Shown here one piece after another: positions 15,314-27,300 of a DNA stretch of 64,000 bases. A program made the translations under genes and the position numbers. The stretch covers positions 16,363 through 80,362 of the forward strand of contig CALKWQ010000016.1 of assembly GCA_938003925.1 (NCBI GenBank). Direction: 5' to 3'. The DNA comes from an uncultured bacterium (lineage in GTDB: Bacteria; Patescibacteriota; Patescibacteriia; Patescibacteriales; UBA12465). The notes beneath the pieces are model-generated. The model saw only the letters and a program-made list of their open reading frames with translations. It was not told the origin of the DNA and made no database searches. The stretch's first letter is position 1. Each line of letters begins with the position of its first letter.

Positions 15314-18300
15314 ATGGCAGCTAATAATTTTTCTAACAGTATTAAAGGCCTAGAGAACCTAGATAAAGAATCGTTACCTAGCAATGATCAGGCAATAGTT
15401 GATGTTACTGGTGAAGCCAGTATAAACGCTAGTGATGTTTCTCTTTTACTTAAACCAACTATAGACCAAAGGGCCTTTAAAGATGCTACTGATCAAGTAG
15501 AAAAGCAAGTAGCTTATATAAATAGGCTAATGGCTAGTGCTGGTCAAAAATCTGAAATTGGTAAAAAAGGCACGTACACATCTACAGCTGGCTTTGAACA
15601 AATAAACGCGGCTATGGCCCAGTTTAGTCAAACTGGTGACTATAGTAGCTTCACTACTGAATTAAAGAAACAGTTGGAAGTAGGAAGAAAAAAGTCTGGT
15701 AGTGAAGCTATGCGTAAGGCGGCTATAACAGCCGCTAAACAATTTAATACATTAACTATAGACGTAGAGAATACCTTTAAAGAGGGTGGTATTACAGGCG
15801 ATATACTGTCTATATCTAGTAAGCACAGTCAAGATAGTTCACCATCAACTATGATAAGAACAGACTATAAGAAACTTATAGCCTCTAGTATAAAGTATTG
15901 GGCCAATATTGGTAATCAAGCTAATGTAGAGTTATTAAAACAAGTAGAAGCTGGTCTAGACCAAGGCGCTAGCGAAGCTAGAAATGGTAATCCTAACTAT
16001 AGACTTGTTAATGCAGCTCAAATGCGTAGTGGTATAGTAAGCACTATTAATAGTAATCCTACCGCTACGCTACAAGGGGTTAACTTTTCTACTGATATTC
16101 AAAAATTAGTAAGTTTTATTGGAACTAAAAGCAAGGCAAGTACTTCAGCTTCAAATGCATTGTTAGGTGGTGTTAGTTTAGACCAGCAATTTATGAAGTA
16201 TTTTGGTCTTACTGATTTTACTCCTGGTAGATCAGTAACCCATATGGCTGACTTATTAGGCCTATTACCTAAAGTTTCTAAAGCACATGAAGGCGGATGG
16301 GACGTTGAAGTAACTGAACAAATAGGCGCTATTATACATTCATTAAGTGAGTATGAAAAAGGCCTAGCTGCCGGCAATACATCTATTCCACCAGTTGTTA
16401 AAAGTCTTAAAAGTAGACTTTCTCAGCCATCAGTTAGATCAGCATATCAGGGCAGAGTAATAGCTACTAGTGCTTTACAACACTTAAATCAAATAGCTAT
16501 AGGTAGTATACCGACTACAGAAGCTGCTGAAGAAAAGGCGTATAACCTAGTAAAAAATGTTTCTGCACAATCAGTAGGAAAATTAGTAGATTTTACTAGC
16601 CCAGAGTATAACTTACCTGCTACTAGTATATCTGATAGTCAGAAAGGTCTAGTTAAACAACAGCTAAGTGTATCTAGAGCAAAAGTGGCTAGTAGTGATT
16701 TATTTGATATAAGTCCAGATAGTGAAGGTCTAGAAAAGTATGCTATGCTACAAGCTGCTGCTCTAGTGCATCAATTAAGTGGCATAAAATATACAGATAA
16801 ACGTACACTTAGTCCTGATGATCAGGTTGGTATAGTTTCTGATGCGCTTTATAATAGATTAAATAGTGACTTTTCTCATAAGTTAAGAGATACTAATGGA
16901 CAAATTCATACAGGTGTTAGTGAGCATATAGACCTAGATAAAATAGTTTCAAATATAGATGGTCTATTAGTTAATAATGGTAAATTTACAGCGAACGCGT
17001 CTGGAGTAGGCACTCCTGATGCTACAGCTTTTATAGTTAACGCTGTTAAAAACGCTATATTAAGAGGCATAAATTCTGACCTAAAAATAGGTGGAATTGA
17101 TAATATAGCTTTAGATAAAACAGACTCTAGTCTTCCTAGAGAAGTGTTTCCAACACAAAGTGCTAAAAAGACAGATAATATTAGGCGTGATGTTGGCTTA
17201 AAGGCAGTATCTAAATTTATTCTTAGTAAAATTGGTACTGATGGTGAGCTAAATCTAAGCTCTGATAAGCTTGTTAGTGAAACTAGAAGACACATAGAAA
17301 ATGGTTTTTTTGAGCGAGATGAAAAAGAAGAATTAAGTAAGCCTACAACTGATAATGTTAATGCACTTACCGCGTATAAAGACTATGTTAGTAAGCTTAA
17401 TATAGCTAGGGGCTCAAATTATGAAAATACCTCAGCCCCAATAGACTACTTAACTAAGCATGGCTATAGTATAGTTAAACCACGTGAAGCCGGTGAAAAT
17501 GCTAATTATGAACATAGTGGTATACTAGGCCAAATGGAAGGACATCCAGATCTATTAGCTCATAGAGTGGTGCCTAAGCTAGATGGTAGCCTAGAACGAA
17601 GATACTTACTACCAGACATAAAAAGTCCTAATAAGCTACCAAAATCATTTAGTGATGTAGAAAATGATAACTATAGTCGTGAGTGGATAGCTCAAATAGT
17701 ATCGTATGCTCAGATGCTACCAGAGTCTATACGTAATTTTTTAGACATAGGCATATTAGCTGGTAAACCAAATGAACCAGGTAGTGAAGTTCTAGTTACT
17801 AAGCCATATAATGAGTTAGTTAAAAATCCAGTATGGGCAACATTAGTAGAAGAATTACATAAAGTAAAGGTAGGATCTGCAGCACATATAACATCATTAC
17901 CAAACAATATGTTACCAGCTGGCCCAGTACTTCAGGCAAACATAACAGCTGATGAGCAGAATAATGTTAATAGACTAATTAATGAAAGAAACGATATTGG
18001 CCCAAAATATGTTGAAAAATTAGTAAATTTGGCTAATAGGCGTGATGGTGCTTCTCAAGGTAGTTTAATATATGAGTATACTAAGCAAAATGTAACAGGT
18101 GGAGATAGCTTAAAATCAATAATAGATAGCATGTACAATGAGCACATATTTGGTCAAGTTAGTAAGGACCAATTTGCTTCTAATAGTTTATCTCTATTAC
18201 TAGAGGCCATAAATGTTCCAAAAGACAAGCGTAAAGATACTATCTTAGATAAATTAACAGGCAACTTTAGCCCAAACGAAACAATACAAAATAGACTAGT

Positions 18301-21300
18301 TGGTTTAGAGGTACAGGAAAAGCCTGATGCTCAACCTAAAATTTCTAAAATTACTAATGAGCAACTAAGAAAATACTTTAATAAAATGTCTAATAGCATA
18401 AATGAATTTTGGGCTGGGGCATTTGCTTCTGATGAATTACAGGGGAGAAAAGTATCAAATAAGTATGTTAAAACTCTTAATATAGATGTTGCAAATCAGG
18501 CTAGTTTACCAGGGGCTTTAAGCTTTGAAGACGCAGAACGTAGGGCTCGTATAGAAAAATCTCTATTAGCTGGCTATAATAGAGCAGACCTAGATGCACA
18601 AAATTTAGTATTTAGCGCAGAGGCTAAGAAAGCTGCTATAGGGACTTCAGGCGGCTCTAACTATTTACATACAGGTATAGCTCCTAATTATGCTAAAAAA
18701 TCAACTGATGGAGAAATAACTTATGAGGAAAGTATTGCTGAGGCTATACAGCGAAAGCAATACTATGCTACTCAACTTGACACATTTAAGGGTTCTAGTT
18801 CTACTTTTGATATACTTAATAAATTAAAGACTAAGGAAGACACTAAGCGTACATCAGACATAGCCGCAGAATTAAATAGAGTGCTTAGTCTACAGCATGC
18901 ATTTAATGAGTCTAATGAAGCTGATAAAGGAGCAACAGGTTTTCGATATGCTAGAGCATATCGTAGATTAGCGAACTTTAATGAGCCTAATATACTTAGT
19001 ATGGTTAGAGCTCCAGAAGATATGTTTAAGGATATGCCTGAATCATTTAGTACATCTTATGCAGAAGCTGCCAATAATTATAGTATTAACTCTCGTAGCT
19101 TTGTACCTACTAGCATTCAAAATAGTGATGAATTCTTAAAAAAATTAGAATCTAGAAAGAATAAGCTTTCATTAGATTCACAATTAAATAGATATATAGC
19201 TAGCTATATATCAGAAAATGAAGACACAAATCTTGAGCTTATTGGAACAAAATCAGACATAGCCAGTAAGCAAGAGGTAGAGGCTAAGGCTATAGCAAGT
19301 TTCTTGCAAAAGTACCAAAAACAGCCAGAAAAACAATCTGATGATCCAGTGTTATCTAATATACTAGCAGAACGTACAGACTTAGCCGATAAACATCAAA
19401 ACAATTTACAGAAACAGTTTAGAACAGCTGATACATTCGGTTTAAGCACAGAAAATTTAAGCCAGATTATTTCATCAGCTTCTACACTTTCATCTATTGG
19501 AGAGTTTAGCTCTATAGGCTCATATCTTGAAAAAGATATAATAGACTTTTCTGGTTCTAAACAATTAGCTCAGTTAAAAACAGCGGCTAATCTAAAACAA
19601 ACATCAAAATTATCAGGATCAGACTATCAACGGCAATTAGAAAATTATGCATCTAGTATAGCTGATCAAATAGCTGGCTTATTAGGCAACTCTAGTATTA
19701 TTGATTCTAAGACTAGTGGTAGTTTATACTCTACAGGAAGGAATGCTGAATCGGCTATAGCTAGATACACAAGTCTTAACTCATATATAGAACAAAAAGA
19801 ATTATTAAAACAGGAAGTAAGCCAAGATGACTATGAGTCTAGAGATAGGCTTAAAAAAGAGTTAAGTAGTTATAGAACAGATTTTGAAACGTTAGCCGAT
19901 CCTTCTGTTAGACTTACAAGCTTAAAAGATAAAATTATAACAAGCGATAGTTTACAAGTTTTTAAGCCAAGCTATATAGCTGATAAAGCCGATAGACTTA
20001 GTAAGTTACAAGATATGTCGTCAAGTTTACGCCTAGCTGTCGATCAGGGCGATATGTCTACTACACCTGAACTGTTAGATAATTTTGTATCATTACACAA
20101 GTTGTATAAAAAATCAGGATTAGACTATACTAAAGGTGGCTTAACTATAAGTGATATAATGTCACAGTATGACACTAGTAAGTCTATTTCTTCAAATTTT
20201 GGTGTAGATGGTGAACTAACTAATAAAGGTAACCAGTTTGTAGTAGCTTCACAAACACTTAAGTCTAGCTCTAGCGGAGCTAATAAATTTGATGCACTAA
20301 TAACAAAAGAAAAAGCAGCTTTAGCCGCAGTTAGAGAGCTTGAATCAGCTTTTACAGCAATAAGTAATCCTGACTTAGGTAAAATAGAGTCAGAGTTTAG
20401 AAACCTTTTAGAGACCATAAATGCAGATACTACGGCTCTATATAAACTGGAAGAAGCTAAAAAAGCAGCTGGAGGAAAACTATCAAGTCAAGACGAAAAT
20501 AAACTGGCTATTGGAAAAGAAAGAGTGCAGGCTAATATAACTACTGCACAAGAACTAGCTGAAAAAATGAAGCAAAAAGATAGAACAAAGGGCTTAACAG
20601 AAGCTGATTGGAAAGCTCAAGTAAGAGACGCTAGCCTAGAGCGTGAAGATCAGAAATATAGTCTTAGATCTAAAGCAACTAATCTTAATGCACTTATAGA
20701 CTCTGGTAAAGTTGGTAGCTCAAACAGATATAACGCTACACACGCGGAATTTGAAGAAGCAATAAGATTAGCCAAAGAGTTAGAAAGTCTCGGAGTAAAA
20801 ACTGGTCATGATAATAAAACTTCATTTGGTTTATACTCATCATCACAGCTTGAAACAATGATGAGCAATAGTGGCCATAGAGGTAAGCAACACTTAAGTT
20901 TTACTGAAGGCTTAGTAGATCAAGCAGCATGGAAAATGCAGTTTGGTGGTGCTGGCGTTGTATTAGGTGGTTTAAGCGCGTTAACTGTTGGAGGCTTTAG
21001 CGAAGCAAAAAAGTTTGAAGAGGACATGAAAAATGTTGAGCTAGTATCACAAGCTTCAACTATTCAATTAGATCAGCTTAAAAATAAAGTAGTAGAGTTA
21101 TCTACTACTTTCACTAATACTCCAGCTCAGCTTAGTGATGGTTTAATAATTTTAGGCCAAGCTGGTTATAAAGCTGCTGAATCATTACAGCTTCTAGGCC
21201 CTATAGCTCAACTAGCTACAGCAACAATGTCTGATTTAAAACAAGCTGCTGATATTACAACAACTGTTTTAATGTCATTTGATAAGCCAGTGGCTAATGC

Positions 21301-24300
21301 TGCTGAAGTAACTAATACATTAGCTGCAGCTACAATAGAATCTAAGTTAGAACTATCATCTTTAGGTACTGTACTAAACTATGTAGCTTCAACCGCACAT
21401 ACAGCTGGTATGTCACTTGAAGAAACTGAAACAGCTATGGGTATCATGTCTAATGCTGGTGTTAAAGCATCTACTATTGGTACTTCATTACGTAGCATTT
21501 TAGGTACATTAATAGCACCTACTGCTGCATTTAATAATGAATTGGCTAGAATAGGCTTAACAGCAGACGATGTAAATCCACAGATAAATTCAATGTCTAC
21601 TATTTTACAAAGGTTACATTTTAAAGGCTTTAATGTAGAGAATGCATACCAAGGTCTTGATAAAAGAATTGCCGGTAATATATCTACTTTAATGGCACAA
21701 GCTGATCAGTGGGATAGCTTCCAGTCTAAGATTACAGGTACTGATACTGCTGAAGCTATGGCCTATGGGCAAATGGATACATTTGGAGCTCAGTCTAAAA
21801 GACTAAGTAATACTTTTGATACTACTAGAATAGGTCTAATGTCTGGTGCTCTAGAGCCACTCAAAACTGCGGCTATGGCATCAAGTGAAGTATTAGAACT
21901 TATTGGCAAAGCTGCTGAAACTTCTACAGGTAAGGCTATAACTAGCTTCGCCACTACTGGTTTAGCCATAGGTAGTTTTATATCTATTTTAGGTGGTTTA
22001 AGATCAGCAGGATCTACTATACTTCCAGCACTAGGTGATGCAATTAAAGGCTCAGCTGCCCAGTGGCTTATTAGACCTACTGGTGATACTACGTCTAATT
22101 ATTTTAAAAATAAAACACAGTTTGTTTCAGCTGATAGTAATTTAGGTAAAATACTTAATACAACAACTGATATAAATAAACTACCAGTTAGTCAGCAAAG
22201 AATGCATCAAACAATAACATCACTTGGCGGTATGGCTTTTAATCTTCCTACATTAGCTATAACTGCTGGTCTTGGCTTAGCATGGGCTGGGTATAGCTCA
22301 TGGAAAGATTCTGACTTACCTGGTTTAGGAACTGGTAAAAATAGAATGATTGAGTCTAAAAGAAGCGCTGATAACCTTTCTGGATATATAGCAACCCTAG
22401 AAAAAGCTTCACAACAGCAGCGTAAATTAGCTCTATTTAACAGGGGTGAAAATTCTAGTAGTACAAGGGCTTTTGATGAAATGCTTATTAATACTGGAGT
22501 ATTTGCTAGTGTAAATGAATTAGGACAAACAGTAACGGCGGGCTATAAGTCAAATAAAGATATGGGAATTTTAAAACTGGTAAAGTCTAGGGATAGTATT
22601 GATCTAAAAACTTCACTTAGTATGGCAAAAGATGTGCAAAGAACTAAAACTTCAAAAGAAGAAATAGACTCAATGTTCAATTTTGCGCAAAAAAGTTATG
22701 ATACGGATAAAGAAGCTATTTCAGATGGTGGTAGACAAGCTTCTACCATGGTATCCGATTTGGCTATACGTAAATTAAAACGAGAAGGAAAATTTTATGA
22801 TGTAGACGCAGTTTTAAAAGAGGCAAATAATGCAGCACCAGGTGGAAGTCAGATGGCTCAGAGTATTAGAAATAATATACTGGCTGCGCATGAAGAGGCT
22901 ATGACTGTGCCTAATATGAGAGAGTCTAAAACTAGCCAAGCTCAAGATGCATATAGAGAATTACAGAGAATTGATGAAGATATTAACTTATACTCTTCTT
23001 TATTGAGTGGTAAACAGTTAAACGAAGGTGAGTCTAAGAGGGCTAAGAGTGTATTGCCTGAAAGGGCTAAGGCTTTTTTAAAACCAGTTATGAGTGATGA
23101 AAAATTTTCAAAAGCAATAGCCGAAGGCGGTTCATTTAATTTATTATATAAGCATGCGCTAACAGGGCTAGAAAAAGATGGTGATACTGATAAATTCTTT
23201 AATGCTATGCAAGTAATTGCAGCTGGTAGTGGATCTGCTAAAGGTACTAATATAAGAAAAGAATTTTCAGATGATCTTACACGTGTCCTATCTAAAAAAG
23301 GCTCTCAAGAAAGAATGGATGAATTAGCTAGACTAGGTAAAGATGCTGTATTTGAATCACCAGAAAAAATAATGGATAGATCAACATATTCTGAGTCTAG
23401 AACTAGGTTTATACAAGAAGGTACTTTTAAACTAGATAGATTTATTAACGCTAATGAAAAGCTAAAAGCTGCAAAATCTAAACAGTCTAGTTTAACAGCC
23501 GGTACACAGGAATATGATGTAGCTAGTAAAGCTGTAGAAGAGGCAAGGTCTTTATTAGAACGTCAAGAAGCAGAATTAAAACCATTCTTAACAGATAGTT
23601 TTAGATTTATGCTGCCTAATACAAATGATTCAAATAGAAAGTTTTTACAAAAAACTAGAGGATCCATTGGAATTGTTGGCTCAATGGGGCTGTCTAGTTT
23701 ATCATCTGATCAATATGATGATTTTGCTGAAAAAATGGATAAGCTTAGAGTAAGGCATGAGGAAACATTAAACCAAGATATAGTTAAAGGTAATATAAGT
23801 ATAAAACGTAAGGTACAGTTACAATATGAACTAGATGTAAAAGATACCTTACATGAAATGATTCTAAATGCTAACAAAGATGTATTTAAATACTCTGAAC
23901 TAATAGGTAGTAGTATTAAGCAGTCTATGGAGGCTTCCATAGGTAGTAAAACTCTAAAATTAGATTTTTCAAAGGTAGAAACAGATATAGAAGCCAGCAA
24001 TACTATTAGTAATATGAAGCTAGCTGGTAGATCAGTTGTTTCTAGAACTCCAGCTAATTATTTAGAATTTAAGAGTAATAGCTACAACAGCTTAATGCAG
24101 TCACCTATTGATAGCCTAAATATTCCTAAGTTTAGCCAAGATGCTATTTACCTAGTATCTACAGATGCTCAGGTAGAAAAGCTAAATAATAATCTGCGTA
24201 CAACTCTTGATATTCTAAACGAGACAAAAACTAGTCTAGCTATTACAAAAGCTCAAGATATTAGCAGTCTTGCTAATATTAATGATTCTGACTTAAGCAG

Positions 24301-27300
24301 ACAAAAGACCCTAGATCTTGAAGAAAAATACATTAATGGTAGAATAGAGGCTAATCAACGGGCTTTTAGTTCTATTAAACAAATATTAGAAGAAGAGATA
24401 AGACTAAGGGATCAGCTAGTAGATAAGATAGCAAAGGCAAAAGATGCACAAGCTGAGTCAACAAGAGACATTAGAGAGGTGTCTAAATCTTTATACAAAT
24501 CTGCTGGTATTGATGTAAGTGAGGATCCTAAAAAATTATTAGATAGCTTAAAAGCTAAAGAACAAGAGTATAATAAAAGAGTAGCTGGAGGTGATGTTGA
24601 AGGAGCTAATAAAATTATAAGCTCAATGAAGTCTGATGAAGTAAAAGAGCTAACATCAGGTCAATACGCAAATTACTATGTAAAAGAAGCTGGAGATATA
24701 TTTAGTAGAATGGAGAAAAAGCAGCCTGAGTTATATAACAATTATACATCAAATTTAGTAGAGAGAACTAATGCATCAAATAATACTTTAGATAGTGCTA
24801 GAGGTGATCTGGCTAAATTAATTTCAGACAGCATTCAACTAGCTAAGGATAAAGGTAGAATAAATGATGAACAAGCTTCAATATATAAAGATAAGTTTGT
24901 TAAACGCTTAGAAGCTAATAGTGGTAATCAAGAAATTGCCTCTTCAGTATTTACTGATTTTGCTAAGACACCAGTTTTACAGGAAAAGATGTCTGAAGGT
25001 ATGAATATAGAAATTATATTTAAACACTTAGCCGATGTTATTGGTACATCATTAAATCCTACAATAGACAAAGCAACTGAAGAACTTAAAAAGTTTATAA
25101 CTCAATTAAATAGCTTTGTGCCTATGTCTAAGCAGTCATTGAGTGATGTTACACCAACTGAGCAGGACGTAACTAAACTAATAGGTAATGATGCTGCAGA
25201 GGCTTTAGGTATTGGCAGCTTTAAAATGCCTAGGCTAATAGCAGAAAATAAACATAATAATGTAGATGGTTGGAATACTGGTAATGAGATACACTATACA
25301 GATAAAAAATCATTAATACATGAATTAATACATTCTAAAATAGCCTCTGAGGGTAAGCAATTTAAAGGCAATTACGCAGAAAAAGAGCTTGCTGAAGAAT
25401 TTGAAGTTAATAAAAGAATGGTACAGATGGGCCAACTTAATAGGTCTGATGTAGAGGATAGATTTGGCTTAGGACTTGATGCTGATTCTTCAAACCTTTC
25501 TTCTGAGCAGCTAAATAGCTTAATGGGCTCTAGGGCTAGTAAGCAGTATGCACAAAAAACTAGATATTCACTTAATGATGAAGTACTAGCTAATTATAAT
25601 AGTCAACCCCAATGGAAAAGAACTACATCTAATGTAGTTCACACGGTACTGCCGGCAGTTTCAGCAACTATAGGAGGTTTAGTCGCTGGCGCAGCAGCCA
25701 CACCAGAAACATTTGGAGTAGGTACAGTACCAGCTGCTGCAGCTGGTGGTGCTTTAATGTATGGTGCTGGTAAACAAGGGTCTAAACTGATAGATAAGTA
25801 TGTATTAGGCCTACCTGATAAGGAACTACCAAAATTCAACAATCCTATTATTAATTCAGCGTATGAGGCTACGTACGATGTGGCAGAAGGCGCGGCTATG
25901 GAAGCTGGTGGTGTTCTTATGGCAAAAGGATTAGAATATGCCAGTCCATATGCCATTAATGCTACTAGAGCTATTGCTAAACTAGGAAAATCTAAGCAAA
26001 AAGTTAGTGTTAGTAATAATAGCTTAACATCTGCGCAATATGTTCATACAAGTGGTAGACCTATAGCTGAACTTAATCAGGATAGTACTCTGTTTGTATC
26101 TCCGATAGATAATATAGAAGCTTCTCTAGCTAGGTTAAATAGTGGAACCGCTATAACTTATGGCGTGCGTGCTGAAAAATCTGCTAATATATTTGATATA
26201 ACTAATATGGCTAATAGAAAAAAGTTTATAAAAGCCTATGTAGAGGCCAATAAGAATGAATATCCAAATATGTCTAAAAAAGAGCTAATGCCTAAGCTTA
26301 GAGATAAAGCTGCAGAAATATTTGATGGAGCAAATACTACTATTAATGGAGAACTGAAGCATGGTGAAAAACAAGACTTTCAGTACTTAGAAGATGGCAG
26401 CCATGAAATATTACCTACTATTAGACGTACTTTAGACCACTTAGGTGCCGATGGTTTAAAAATGAAAGACGCAGGTAATCCGGCTATAGCTATATTTAAT
26501 AAACACAAGTTTAATGTAACTGGACCAAATGGAACAAAAGTTCCAATTATGGGAGAAGAAGTACCATTAAGAAATATATTTGAAACACCAGTAGAAGCTG
26601 TAGCCTCACAAATAAAAAATAATAATCCTGCATATAGATTTAATGCAGACCCAGTTTTAGGCATGTATGATTCAGTAAAAAATATTTCAACTCCGGCTAG
26701 ATGGGCCAAACTTAGATCATTATCACCAGCAAGAATGATGAAAAACTTAACTGGTGAAGAAGCAGTTAAAGCATCGGCGTATGCAACAACAAAATTAGCC
26801 CTAGCATCCTCAGTTGGAGGTGGTAGTCAATTATTTAACTCATTAATTATGACTACTGATAAAAAAGAGCCAGCTAAAACTATTGAGCAAACAATAGCTG
26901 AATCAAAAGAAAATTCAACAGGTATATCTAATGAATCTTATGCTAGAATAGAAAAAGCACAAAATGAAAGAGCAGCTTTAGAGTCTAATAGATTAACAAC
27001 TATAGCTAAGAAAAAAGATAGCCGTAATAATGCTTTATATAGTCTAAATCCAGAGGCTGCATCAGATAGTTCAATAAGTGAAATGATGGCTAAATCTAGT
27101 GAACAGCAGACACAGTTTGATATATTTGAGACCAAAGGGGCTACCGGGCTTTCAAAATATCTAAAGAAACAGGGCGCTACAAAATCAGAGATAGCTGATA
27201 GAGTTAAATATGTTGGAGAAATAGTAGAGTCAAGTAAAAATAGTGCCGTTGTAAATAGTGGTATACAGCAATCATCAACACACTCTAATATATCGACTAA